The translations under genes and the position numbers were made by a program. Of a stretch of 38,244 nucleotides of DNA, positions 11,796 to 24,087 are shown one piece after another. The notes below the pieces were generated by a model. It was not told the origin of the DNA, made no database searches, and was given only the letters and a program-made list of their open reading frames with translations. Location: NCBI RefSeq assembly GCF_004010195.1, contig NC_057718.1, positions 90,467,079 to 90,505,322 on the forward strand, read 5' to 3'. Within the stretch, counting starts at the first letter, position 1. The number at the start of each line of letters is the position of its first letter. Source of the stretch: Chiloscyllium plagiosum (Eukaryota).

Positions 11796-11994
11796 GAGGA
11801 TCTTGTGAAGGTACAGCCAACATTTCTCCAGTATGTTGAGGTGCCTACTTTAGATTGTCCAAGTCTCTGAAACATGTAGGAGTGTTGGGGTCATAGCTGA
11901 CCAGTAGACAATGACCTTAATTCTTAAGCCACGAAATTACAGACATGTAAACTCACACATACACCTCAATACATGGCAGGAGGTGAACAGGTAG

Positions 11995-12412
11995 TGTTGT
12001 GGTTGATAGCACCTTTTAGGAATGACCATATGCAGAGAATTCCTCAAGATGATAAGCCTTTATTTGCAAACAAAAGCTGTTACCATCAGAGCAGACAACC
12101 CTGACAGCTCCCAAACAGCGAGACTACTCTGAGATTATGTTGTTCTAAAAGTCACGCCCTATCCCTGTTATATTAGCATAACCAATCACACTAAGCCTAC
12201 ATTATATCCCCTTAACCAATCAGACTCTGCCACAATTGTCTGCTGGATTGTTGCAAATCATCATGTTGTGCTGTGGTCATCCTCCTTCACCTTTTGTCAC
12301 CTGACAGACCGTAGTCACACAAGGCTGATTCGAGCCTGCAACCCAAGCCTTACAACTTACGCAATATCCCAACATGTTTGCTTTGTAGTTATATATTCAT
12401 ATTTACCATATA
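11995..12412 (-). mobile_element. ERV 3' LTR
   Basis: Follows the PPT aaagggggaaa (about 12413-12423, minus). Has AATAAA on minus at 12059-12064, two CCAAT motifs, and ends in CA on minus. Confidence 0.6.
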
Positions 12413-12715
12413 TTTCCCCCTTTGAGAGCTATTGGTCACGCACAACGAAAGAACACAATGAGGATAGACCAATTCATGTAGTTGTAGGCCCGAAAGTGGG
12501 CGGAAAATGTAGAGGATCAGTTCTCAAAAGGTTCTTCCTGTATCCCTGGAGTAACCGGGCCAAAAACCTGTCCCTCAAAGTCCGGAACAGGAAAAAAGAC
12601 CCAGAAACACTAAAAGACTAAATTTAAGGAGAAAATGAGACAGGGGAACCGAGAGAGAGAAAAAAACCAAAAACTCAGAAAGTCAAACGCTGTCTGTACC
12701 TCAGTAGACAGCAGG

Positions 12716-13637
12716 TCATAATAATAAAGCCTCGTCTGCAATGGGAGACGGCTCAGGGCAGACCGGTATGAAGAGGAGTTGCTTTGCAGCGAAGTGCATT
12801 ACAAAAGACCTAATGAGAGGTAAAGCATGGCGTAGCACAATGGCAAGGACAAGTAATACTATAGCAGCAACGATTGCAATCTTGGCAAACCAAGCCTCCC
12901 AACTTCTCAAGACGTTGTCTACCCAGTCAAAGAACTGATGACCAGACCCCACATTTTCCTTAATCTCTCTGCTCAGATTCCTCAGCTTATCCATTGCCTT
13001 AGTAAACGACCCCTCAGGACTAGTGTTACTAGGTATGAAGAAGTTCTCCTCCTCTCTGTACAAGGATCTCAGTGCCCACCTGTCAATCTTCCTTCCCACC
13101 TATCCGCTCCCCCCTCCTCTCCGACCTATCACCTTCATCCCCACCTCCATCCACCTATTGCACTCTTAGCTACCTCCTCCCCAGCCCCACCCTCCTCCCA
13201 TTTATCTCTCCACCCTGGAGGTTCCCTGTCTCATTCCTGATGAAGGGCTTTTGCCCGAAGAGTCTATTTTCCTGCTCCTCAGATGCTGCCTGACTTGCTG
13301 TGCTTTTCCAGCACCACCCTAATCTTGACTCTTACTTGGTCTAAAAGGTACAGCAATGTTCCCCAAACATTGCATAGACACCACCATCAGCCAACAGCCA
13401 GTCCAAAACCTGCCTATTTTGCCACACCATTATTCTGGTTGCATCCAACTGCTCACCTAGTGCTGAGATGTCATCATTGGGGTAATTAATAAATCTCTGC
13501 TGGTTATAGTAAAGATAGTTAATCCATTTGGAATTTCTGATCACACCAATGGGCAGGGATCATTGCTTCCCTCTTATTTCTGGCCTTGAAATCACTAGGG
13601 ATGCCCCTTGGCTATCCTATACTATCAATCCGTATTG
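12716..13637 (-). pseudogene. env: Endogenous retrovirus envelope TM subunit (gamma-type env as in fish ERVs), disrupted
   Basis: IDSIG*PRGIPSDFKARN; WINYLYYNQQRFINY; immunosuppressive-domain-like QNRQVLDWLLA; GGVYAMFGEHCCTF|IPSNTSP; hydrophobic TM IAIVAAIVLLVLAIVL. Carries a stop, a frameshift and a PLE insertion. Confidence 0.88.
13041..13344 (+). mobile_element. Penelope-like fragment inserted into env between CCTF and IPSN
   Basis: cctgatgaagggcttttgcccgaag and gatgctgcctgacttgctgtgcttttccagc; removing it restores CCTFIPSN. Confidence 0.8.
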
Positions 13638-13921
13638 TTACAGACATGTAAACTCACACATACACCTCAAATACATGGCATGAGGTGAACAGGAGGTGTT
13701 ACATAAGGAAAACCTGGTGCCACATTGTGTTATTGAAGGAAACGTGGTTGGCACGGTAGGCTAGATCAAACTAGGGAGCACAACCAACATAAAAGTGCAA
13801 AATCTTCAGAAGGCTTAACATTCATTTGATTGGTAGTTTACTATTGGAAATGTTTGGTTAACAAGTCAGCAGTGAGGAAATATTAGGAATATTTCAAATA
13901 TCCTAAAAATTTAGTAGCTTT

Positions 13922-14236
13922 AAGATTAGATTCCCTACAGTGTGGAAACAGGCCATTTGAGCCAACACTGACCCTCTGAAGAGTAACCCACCTAGACCCA
14001 TTTCCCGACCCTACATTTATCCTGACTAATGCACCTAACACGATGGACAATTTAGCAATTCACCTAGCCTACACATCTTTGGATTGTGGGAGGAAACCAG
14101 AGCACCTAGAGGAAACCCATGAAGACACGGGAAGAACGTACAAACTCCACACAGACAGTCGCCCGAGGCTGGAATCGAACCTGGATCCCTGGTGTTGTAA
14201 GGCAGCTGTGCTAACCACTGAGCCACCGTGCCGCCC
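13922..14236 (-). mobile_element. HE1-type V-SINE
   Basis: Consensus match on the minus strand. Confidence 0.9.
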
Positions 14237-14379
14237 GTAAGATTTTAATCTAAATTTAAAATAACATCTGTGGTGAAATGTTAGGAGGTAGATAATAAAA
14301 TTAGGGTTATGAATAAGCTTTATAAAAAGTGTAACAGGCAAATACGAAGGGAATTTGGAAGAACCTTAGAAATATTAAT

Positions 14380-15775
14380 GAAATCATGAGGATAAGATAG
14401 AAGGAAATAAGGGTTTTTTTATAAACATGGAGAAAATGGAAGAATTGGCAAGAGATAAAAGAGGGGGAATCTTAGTGTGGAGGATGAACACACGTTGGAT
14501 TAAATAAAAAATATTTTGTGACTTTCTTTCCCCCCAAGTGTTAGTGTCAATGAGAATCAGGTTGCGCCAAAGGAAAAATAGAACAAATGTCAAGATTGCA
14601 AAAGGAGAATCAATTCTCAAGAGATTAGCAGAACTTGATGTGAATAATTTGCAAAGTGCTAGTGGCTAGTGAAGTCAAGATTGTTGAAAGGAGACAGAGG
14701 AGAGAAAACAGAGATCAGTCTAGAATATTTTGCTGTTTCTAAAATATGTGAATTGTGCAATGGGATTGGGGAGGGCATGATATAATACCCTTATCCAATG
14801 ACAGAGGGGATGGATGCATAGTCCAGATCACTAATAGGCTGCTGAGTTTAATATTAGTGGTAATCAAATTCTTGGTCATTCAGATTTATAAACGTTTGCA
14901 GAAAAATGCATCAGCAATCCATCACTTGAAACAAAGCTGTGTCTAACGAGTGACCAGAATACATGGGCTAATCTGGAATAGGCGACATGGATTTGTTTGG
15001 GACTGATTTTGCTGAATAAATCTAATAGGATATTTTTACAAAAACAGTGTTAGATTGGATAGGTAAAGCTGATTCAGAGGGGAAAGTCTTTGATAGACTA
15101 TCTTGCAAGGTTTGTTAAGAAATATTCAAACCTTTTGCAAAAAAGGAGAGGTTGCGGAATGGCTAGAAAGTTGACCATTGTAAAGGGCAGGGGTTTCTTG
15201 GAGTGGGGGGAGTTTGGAATTGAGGCACCTCAGAAATCTGCTTTAATCTTCATTTTGAATTTGGATGTAGGTCTGAACATTTGTTGACACGCACATATAA
15301 GTGTTCATAATTGCTCATTAATTTTGTGATTCAATAGTTTATTTTGATTTTAATGATTTGGCTTCTATTTCTGCTTTATCTGTCCAAAATCACCAGCTTT
15401 AGGAGCTTCAGGTGAAATGGCTCTTGGATTATAACCCGGTGTCATGTGACTTTGTCTACCCCAGTACAACATCAACACCTCCGCATCATGCTTTATTTGT
15501 GTTGGCATCACAGACTAACATCTGTATTGTCTATAATTTTATTGTGAATTAGAATTACTTATTTTGTCCGTGTCATCATCACAATCCGGCACCTGGCACC
15601 TTTTTGACCAAACTACACTAAGGTGGAGATTTGGTCAACTGCGGAATATTGTTAGATTTCAGGACAACGTACACAAGCTGCCAGGATGGGAAAACAGGTA
15701 ATAGATGTCATTGCACATGGATATAAGTGAGATAATACATGACACAGTGATAATATCATGGGCATATCTCTTAAG
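14380..15775 (+). mobile_element. Highly decayed CR1 LINE ORF2
   Basis: Residual RT-like motifs (IIPL, LLSLILVV, HGF, FQDNVHKL.GW). Confidence 0.5.
15385..15490. mobile_element. Fragment of a second Penelope-like family terminus
   Basis: ttggattataacccggtgtcatgtgactttgtctaccccagtacaac, recognised from memory of shark PLE ends. Confidence 0.45.
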
Positions 15776-17650
15776 TGTATGCTGCTACACTGACTCTGAG
15801 ACTCAACACTACATCCCACTTTGCTAAAGATAAAAGTTTATTCCAAAGTGACACACATGACAGGAGACAAGGCATATCCATTGTCAGATCAATACTTATA
15901 CAGACAAGCAAAGCAGAGATTACAAGATTAATGTTCCAAAGTTCAATGTAATGGTTTGGAACTTTGACAACTCATCCTGATTGGCTGATCATATAGTAGC
16001 CTGGAGAGGTACATTCTATTCAATGTTGTACTTGTTTAATCTGCTGCTGGATGTTGTCTCTTAACGTCATGCCCAACATCATTGTCAGAGTGTTCTCCCT
16101 CATTCTGTGGGTACCCAATTGGTGTAACTGCTCTGAGTTGGCTTCTGTTCCTTTTCCATCTAGCCTCATAATCAATGTATGATTTGGTTTCCTTGCATGT
16201 TCTAGAAATGTTTGCTGCTATCAAAGTGTTTGTATTGGTGCAGATGTGATAGTTCAGTACCTACACACTCACTATGTATCGTTTCTTCGCCCCTGTGTTT
16301 GAAGAAAAATATCCTGTGTCTCAGAACGGTTAGATAATTGGTTGCTGGGCAAGGGCCATTCACACTTGCCTTCTGAGCGTATGTTGTGCTAGGAATTGTA
16401 ATCCCTTCTCCTGTTGAGTTGCACGAGAATGCATCAACGCAATGTGAAAATCTAACATTGATGCTCAACACTTAACGATTACTGATTTCATAGTACAGAC
16501 CGTGCGCCCTACTGGACAACTTGAGTATGGATTGTGGAGTGACATTTTGATCGGGGTCAGTCCCCACTTTATACACATGTCTCTAAATGGTTTGCCACTG
16601 TCCTGTTGTCAGGTACTATCTCTTCAATGAACAAACTGACAACAGATTCACTGTGGTCAGTGGTACTCACACTCAATGTGTTGCTGAGTTGTTCAGCAAT
16701 GGGAAATTTAGAGAAGTAAAGGTCTGGTGATACTTACATCCAAGATGTGGATAAAATATTGTGTATAGTTTGCTCCACTGCTGGCTCGAGAGGTTTGCAA
16801 TCCCTCACATGCATTCCCCAGTCTTTGAATATCCTGCTTCATCCTTGGCCAATAGCCAGATTCATGTGCTAGCCATCCTGTGTCCATATGTGCATGGTGG
16901 ACATGATATCTTGGTGTAACATTTTTAATATTAGAACATGCACCCTTACCAAGCTTGGCTCTATATGGCAAAAACAAACAAATTTTCTCAGTTACTTTCA
17001 TACCTGATAGGCCATCTAGAATTAAAATCCCTCGTGTGGAAACAGGCCCGTCAGCCTAATAAGTCCACACTGACCCTCCAAAGAGTATCCCACCCAGACC
17101 CATTCCGCCTGACTAATGCACCTAACCTACACATCCCTGAACACTATGGGGCAATTTAGCATGGCCAATTTATCTAACCTGCACATCTTTGGACTGTGGG
17201 AGGAAACCCACACAGACACAGGGAGAACGTGCAAACTCCACACAGCCGGTCACCCGAGGCTGGAATCGAACCTGGGTCCCTGGCACTATGAAGCAGCAGT
17301 ACTAACCACTGAGCCACCGTGCCACTCTGAATAATGGCCTTTTGCAACCCTGGTTGTTGTTCATCTTTGGCAGTTGCTGATTGTAACTATTCACACTGGC
17401 TTTGGCTAAAGTGTAACAGAGCAAACGTGAGAACATCTTCAACTTTGTACTCAAGAACATCCAAGTGCAGGTCAAGTGTAATATCTTGGTATTTGAGTGT
17501 GTTGGGTGATCTTCTCAGAGTGTCATTCTGGGATCTGGCTTATATCTCACTTCCAGTCATAGCCTTGCAGATTGTTGATGGATTCTATTACATCGACATG
17601 ATCTGTTGTGCCACAGTGAATATGGTGGGAAGCTCTTGCATTTTGCCTAC
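15776..17650 (-). mobile_element. Gypsy/Ty3 LTR retrotransposon relic: RNase H end, integrase and probable LTR remnant
   Basis: Minus strand LQGYD..VRYKP; HHCC-like HHAHM...ESGYWPRMKQDIQR...CEG; KRNRSQL; SG*VVKVP; AATAAA on minus near 15837. Confidence 0.75.
17015..17325 (-). mobile_element. HE1-type V-SINE inserted in the Gypsy relic
   Basis: Consensus match on the minus strand. Confidence 0.85.
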
Positions 17651-17651
17651 G

Positions 17652-17782
17652 CTGAAAACTGAAAGGACTGCTGGAAACCAGAAACAAAAATAGAAATTGC
17701 TGGAAAAGCTCAGCAAGCCTGGCAGCATCTGTGGAGAGAAAGCAGAGTTGGCATTTCAGGTCCATTGACCCTTCTTCAGAAT
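17652..17782 (-). mobile_element. Penelope-like terminus with degenerate HHR
   Basis: Minus strand CTGAAGA-AGGGTC-AATG-GACCT-GAAA. Confidence 0.7.
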
Positions 17783-17984
17783 GTATGGCCATCTTGAGGT
17801 TCTGCTCCTCTCTCTGACAGGAATTCTAATCCAATCTTTTTCCTTGCTCCTTGCTGTTGCTCAGTGCTTTCTCTCCATAGACGCTGCCCTCCATCTGCTT
17901 TTATGCGAGGATTGAGGATGACTTTCGACTGCTCCTTGATGGTCTGGGTCCTGACCTGACAAATCAAACTCTCAGGGCTTTGTT

Positions 17985-18432
17985 ATGGGAAGGACATCAT
18001 TAAGGTGGAGAGTGTTCAGAAGAGATTTACCAGGATATGGCTGAGAATGCAATGTTTGAGTTATATGGAGGGTAGGCCAGGACGTTTTTCACTGGACCAT
18101 AGGAGGTTGAGAGGTGACCTTATAGAGGTTTATAAAATCATGAGAGGTAGAGACGTGTTAATGGTAGTTGTCTTTTCCAGAGGATGGGAGGAGATTTCAA
18201 GACCAGGTGTACATTTTTAAGGTGAGAGGAGAGAGATTTAAAAAGGGCACGAGGGGCAATGTTTTTACACAGAGAGTGGTTCTTCTGTGGAAGACACCAG
18301 GATAAGTACATGAACAGGAAAGGTTTGGAGGAAGATGGGCCAGGGGCAGGCAGGTGGGACTAGTTTAGTTTGGAATTATGGTCGGCATAGACTGGTCAGA
18401 CAGATGGTCTGTTTCCATGCTGTATGACTCTG
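17985..18432 (+). mobile_element. CR1/HER1 LINE 3' end
   Basis: ESVQKRFTR...RRLRGDLIEVYKIMRG. Confidence 0.85.
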
Positions 18433-18878
18433 TGACGCTGCATTGACTGGGGGCAAGTGCTACTTCCTGAACTGGGTAAGGGTGTGGGGGGGTGCTCCTT
18501 GAGTCTCCAAACACTCCTTCTGCTCTTTGCGCTTGACCTCTGCCCAGGCTTATCGGAGATGCTCAGAACGTTTTGGCACCTTTGCCGATGCCTCTTCTCC
18601 AGTTTAAGCAGCGTTGGGCTGGAGATTCCCATGAGGCAGTGGAGATATCGAGCTCTTCAATGAGATCTTGAAGCTGGGTGTTGTGAGTCGAGAGCTTGTC
18701 ATGGAAGCCTGCTGTCAGGCATTCAGAGGATGTTGACCACCCACCAGTGCCTCGCCACCAGGCATGTTGGACAGAGAAAGAATACTGATGGTGCTATCCT
18801 GCTTGAGGATTTTGAACAGGCATTGCTGGAGATATTTCAAAGCTCTGTTGTACATCGTCCAGATCTCTGAAGCACACA

Positions 18879-19218
18879 GGATAGAATCATTGAATCCCTA
18901 CAGTGTGGAAGCAGGCCATTTGGCCCAACCAAGTCCACACCAACCCTCCGAAGAGTAACCTATCCAGACCTATTCGCCCTACCCTATATTTACCCCTGAC
19001 TAATGCACCTAACCTACAAAATCCCTGGACATAATGGGCAATTTAGTACAGCAAATTCATCTAACTTGCACATCTGAGAGGAAACTGGAGCACCCAGAGG
19101 AAACCTACGCACACGTAGGGAGAAAGTACAAACTCCACACAGACAGTCGCCCAAGGCTGGGATCGAACCCAGGTCCCTGGCCCTGTGAGGCAGCAGTGCT
19201 ACCCACCATGCCACCACC
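18879..19218 (-). mobile_element. HE1-type V-SINE
   Basis: Consensus match on the minus strand. Confidence 0.85.
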
Positions 19219-19896
19219 TAAGATCTGGTAATGCTGTTATCCTCTAAACCATGAGCTTGTTGTCCAGTTTGAGGTCATTATCATCAAGCATTCCGACATT
19301 CAGATGGTCAAAGGCTGGTTTGGTAGACTGGAGGTGATGTTGAATTTGATTGTCACTCAGAGGAAGCTGCTAAGGTGTGGAAGTTGATCCACTTTGTCCA
19401 TTGACTCACTGTGGACGATAATAGGGTTTGTAGGAGAGCTGGCTGATAGAACATATCTATGCTCCAGATGTTTAGCCCAGTGTCCAATTTTAATGTGTCT
19501 TGATCAGGTTGGACAGTTTGGATCTTAGCTTCTGCACACACTCAGCTGCAAATTGCAGTTCAATGGCACGGTTTGGGGTGGTCTTGGTTCTGGACTGGGT
19601 GACGCTGGTCCCACTCACCCTGTAGATGAGCCCCACACCAGATTATCAGATACCGAGTGAAGTGCTGCAACCAGGAAGATGGAGAAGTGTTGGCACCATG
19701 ACATGGCCTGGCTTAACCCCAGCTTTCTCACGTATTGGGTCTTTGCTGGTGAGGATCACCACTTGTATGTCAACTTCAATGACACATTGGAGCAGCTGGC
19801 AATGCATGCTACTGGGGCTTGTGTTGTGACACTGAGTCCTTAGCCGTCTGTTTCAGTTTACCGACAGCATCTGTATTCTTGATCTTAAAAAAAAAG

Positions 19897-20207
19897 GGGC
19901 GGCATGGTGGCTCAGTGGTTAGCACTGTTGTCTCACAGCACCAGGGACCTGGGTTCGATTCCAGCCTTGGGCGACTATCTGTGTGGAGTTTGCATATTCT
20001 CCCTCGGTCTGTGCCGGTTTCCTCCCACAATCCAAAATGTACAGGTTAGGTGAATTGGCCATGGTAAATTGCCCATAGTGTTAGGTGCATTAGTCAGGGG
20101 GTAAATATAGGGTGTGGGAATGGATCAGGGTGGGTCCCTCTTTGGAGGGTCGGTGTGGACTTGTTGGGCCGAAGGCCTATTTCCACACTGTAGGGCATCT
20201 AGTCTAA
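19897..20207 (+). mobile_element. HE1-type V-SINE
   Basis: gggcggcatggtggctcagtggttagcactg...gggttcgattcc (A and B boxes), V-domain and tail. Confidence 0.9.
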
Positions 20208-21313
20208 TTAGCGCTGGAGGAGGTTGGTGATGAATTACTGCAGGCAACTAAATTTGGGGAAGGTATCAAGAGGAAGGTCTTAATGAGTCCAAAAGAGACC
20301 ATGTCGGAACGTGATTGCTGCTCTCCACACTTCATTTCAATTGGTCTTAGTGTGATGGTCACGTCCACTATGCCTCTCAATGGACAGACTCCACATTATG
20401 ATTCTGGCAGGAACCTCTTCAACTCCCCCATCAGCAGGCAATGAGAACGCTTTTTGCAATGACCTTCCTGGTGGTGGACAGCAGGGAGATCCCTCTGCAG
20501 TTTCCACAATGGGTCTTACCTCCCTTAATGAAGGTGGTTGCAGGTATGGCCTCTCAGACTCTGTCCAGCAAGTTGTCCACCTTCCAGATGAGGTGACATC
20601 TGCATGCCGAGGCTGCTTCTCCTCCATGCTTTAGTATTTTGTCGAGGATCCCAACTGCATCAAGAGCCTTGTTGGTTCTCAGCTGCTGGGCGGCCTTTCC
20701 AAACTCCTGTTGAGCTGAGGTGGTCTTGGGATGGTGACAGGTAGCATTCTGTGGGAATGTCATCAAGGGCGTTATGTCAAAGATTGAGCTTGGTTGATGA
20801 GATCTTCAATGTGCTCCTTCCAATGCCTTTTTGTCCTTGACAAGTGTCACTCCGTTCGTAGCTCACAGTGAGGTAGGTCTGTAAGCATTTTGGCTATGGA
20901 TAACCACATTGAAGGATCAAGGCACATCATGATTTTCAGTCTCCTCTGTATCTGCCCACTGTCTAGTCTTTAGGTTTTTGTATTCCAAGGGAGTCACTAT
21001 TGTCCATCCCTAGTTGTCCTTGAGAAGGTGGTGATGAGCTGCCTTCTTGAACTGCTGCAGTCCATGATTTGAAGGTTCACCCACAATACTGTTAAGGGAG
21101 GGATTCCCAGGATTTTGACCCAGCGACAGTGAAGGAACGGCGATATATTTCCAAGTCGGATAGTGAGTGCCTTGGAAGGGAATTTCGAGATGGTGGTGCT
21201 CCCATGTACCTGCTGCCCTTGTCCCACTAGATGGAAATGGCCATAGGTTTAGAAAGTGCTGTCCGAGGATCTTTGGTGAATTTCTGAAGTGTATCTTGTA
21301 GATGGCATACAAT

Positions 21314-21630
21314 GGGCGGCACGGTGGCACAGTGGTTGGCACTGCTGCCTCACAGCGCCAGAGACGCGGGTTCAATTCCCACCTCAGGCGACTGACTGGG
21401 TGGAGTTTGCACATTCTCCCTGTGTCTGCGTGGGTTTCCTCCGGGTGCTCCGGTTTCCTCCCACAGTCCAAAGATGTGCAGGTCAGGTGAATTGGCCATG
21501 CTAAATTGCCCATAGTGTTAGGTAAGGAGTAAATGTAGGGGTATGGGTGGATTGCGCTTCGGCGGGTCGGTGTGGACTTGTTGGGCCGAAGGGCCTGTTT
21601 TCACACTGTAAGTAATCTAATCTAATCTAA
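21314..21630 (+). mobile_element. Young full-length HE1-type V-SINE
   Basis: Intact A box (tggcacagtgg), B box (ggttcaattcc), V-domain and (taatc)3 tail. Confidence 0.92.
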
Positions 21631-21795
21631 TGCTGCTACTGAGCATCGGTGGTGGATGTTTATGTATGTGGTGCCAGTCAATCGGGCTGCTTTTCCCAGA
21701 TGATGTGAAGCTTCTTGAGTGTTGTAGGGGCTGCACTCATCCAAGCAAGTGGACCATATTCCATCACACTCCTGACTTGTGCCTGGTAGATGGTG

Positions 21796-22007
21796 TCGAA
21801 GAGTGTGAGTGCTGGAAAAGCAAAGCCGGTCAGGCAGCATCCGAGGAGCAGGAGAGTCAACATTTCGGGCATAAGCTCCTCATCAGGAATTCCTCTTATG
21901 CCCGAAACGTCGACTCTCCTGCTCCTCGGATGCTGCCTGACCTGCTGTGCTTTTCCAGCACCACACTCTTCGACTCTGATCTCCAGCATCTGCGGTCCTC
22001 ACTTCCT
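21796..22007. mobile_element. Inverted pair of Penelope-like termini with ~14 bp TSD
   Basis: cctggtagatggtg at 21782-21795 vs cctggtaggtgatg at 22008-22021; arms are reverse complements. Confidence 0.8.
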
Positions 22008-22119
22008 CCTGGTAGGTGATGGACAGGCTTTGGGAAGTCAGGAGATGGGAGGCCCGCTGCAGGACTCCTAGCCTGTAATTCATGGACCTTTTTGTTGGTC
22101 TCAGCCCGTTAAGCTCTCA

Positions 22120-22290
22120 GAGTCAGAGTCGTAGAGACGTACAGTACAGAAACAGACCCTTCAGTCCAACTCATCCATGTCCACCAGATATCCGAAAATA
22201 ATCTAGCCCCATTTTCAAGCATTTGGCCCATATCCCCCCAAACCCTTCCTATTCATCTTTCCCCCCCCCACCCTAAACCTATGCCCTCCA
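22120..22290 (-). mobile_element. HER1 LINE 3' tail
   Basis: Matches 740-870. Confidence 0.75.
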
Positions 22291-23065
22291 TTTCGTTTGT
22301 GAACCTGCTTTCTTTCCCTCGATTATTGACAGCCTTTTCAGTTCAGGAATGTTTTACATCAGTTTCTCTACAATTCTTTGGTTTACAGCTGGATTCAGCT
22401 GAAGTTTGGACAGATATCTATTTAATTTAAATCTTTGTGATTATAATTTTCATCTGTACAAAAAGAAAACATAGATTGTTTTTTTTCCTCTCTGGGCTGT
22501 TGTGAGGGCAAGAGTCAGTCAACATATCAAACCGCATTGCACTTGCTTTAATGACTACACCTCCTGTGAGGAACTCATGTAAATTAACGAGGGTAATTGT
22601 TTCATTCTCATGTCTCATTCGTCGAAATTTATGTTTTGCCAACAAACAAATATACTGCACAAAATACACTTGCACAGTGACTCATTTCGACTTAACTGGC
22701 ATTAAAATGACTTTGTTATTTAGCAAGGCGTAGGCAACTCATTTAGTTCAATATCTCATTCTGGGTGAAAAAGTCTCAGAGCTTCAATGCTATGAACGTT
22801 CACAAACTTTTCATCGCATTTTTTGGTTTGTCTCTTGGTCCTCCTTTTGGGGGAATAGTAAAGAATTGAAAGGATTAAGAAACTGAATATCAACCAGCTT
22901 GCACCACAACATTAACACCACTGCCAGGGGCAACAAGTCCTACAGGGGGACTTGAAGCCAGAGCTTCGGCCGGGAGGCAGAATCACCACTCACTACTCAC
23001 AAGCCTTTCCTATGCAATGGTTTAAGGTGTTGGGACACTGCGTTCTACATAGTCACTGTGTCACA

Positions 23066-23602
23066 AGGTTAGGGTGGGATGCTCTTCGGAGGTCTGTGCA
23101 GACTCAATGGGCCGAATGGCCTCCTTCCACACTTTAGCAATTCTATGGGGCAGCATGGTAGCTCAGCAGTTAGCAGTGCTGCCTCACAGCATCAGGGACC
23201 AGGTTCAGTTCCAACCTTGAGCAATTGTCTGTGTGGAGTTTGCACATTCTCCCCGTGTCTGCGTGGGTTTCCTCTGGGTGCTCTGTGTTCCTCCCACAGT
23301 CCTGAGATGTGCAATTAAATGGATTGGTCATGCTACATTGCCTACATTGTCTAGGGATGTGCAGGTTAGGTGGATTGGCCATGCTAAATTGCCCACAGTG
23401 TCTAGGGATGTGCAGGTTAGGTGGATTGGCCATGCTAAATTGCCCACAGCGTCTAGGGATGTGCAGGTTAAGTAAGTTAGCCATGGGAGATGCAGGGTTA
23501 CAGGGATAGAGTAGGGGGCTGCTGGGATTGCGTGGGCTGCTCTTTGGAGGGTAGGTGTGGATGAGCTGAATGGCCTGCCTCCACACTGTAGGGATTCTAT
23601 GA
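23066..23602 (+). mobile_element. HE1 SINE tail followed by an HE1 SINE with an internal 51 bp tandem expansion
   Basis: gtctagggatgtgcaggttag... units at 23349, 23400 and 23451. Confidence 0.85.
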
Positions 23603-24087
23603 TGCCAAGCAATGCCTTTAAATAAATTTAAACTGGCTCATCTCATTCCATAAGCTTTCACCACTTCCTTCACTTTTATCTGCTCAGACAGAGCTTATGA
23701 AGATTAGATGAAAGAACAAACAGAAAGCAGAGGTAAGGATACACAACTAGCAGCAGAACAGATTAGTCAATGAAAAAATCCGAGGTCAAGTAACAACATC
23801 AAAGAATGCTTTCTCCTCTGGTGAAGAATTGAAACAGTGTAGGTCTGAGCAGAGACCATAAGGAAAGAGTTATCCAGACCGTGGTTTGGACTGTCATGCT
23901 GTATGAGATTGGATTGCAGACTTTGGGGAACTGGCCACCTAATGATGAGGCAGCCTGTGAGACACGGTGCTGGAGAAATGTGGAGTGCACTCAAAAGCAA
24001 ACAGTTCACAGGATGGTGGAAGAGGGAAGGATGTTCATGGAAATTATCAAGAAATGGCAACAAGGTTGGATTTTTAAAAATTCTTTT

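Larger units (their letters stand above)
18435..20990 (-). mobile_element. RTE-clade LINE relic (RT to C-terminus), interrupted by two SINEs
   Basis: QLRTNKALDAVGILDKILKHGG resembles KAPG.DGIPAE.LK.GG; EQQ...DL.KAF-like segment; LKYLQQCLFKIL. Confidence 0.65.
20995..22075 (-). mobile_element. CR1-clade LINE 3' end hosting a SINE and a PLE pair
   Basis: TIYQAQVRSVMEYGPLAWMSAAPTTLKKL; GLQQFKKAAHHHLLK; tagggatggacaata tail. Confidence 0.75.

Noticed and set aside
12716..13544. Domesticated syncytin-like gene
   Set aside because: No SU or signal peptide; it has a stop, a frameshift, a TE insertion and a lost cysteine.
21314..21390. tRNA genes at SINE heads
   Set aside because: The A/B boxes continue into the V-SINE body; these are SINE promoters, not tRNA genes.
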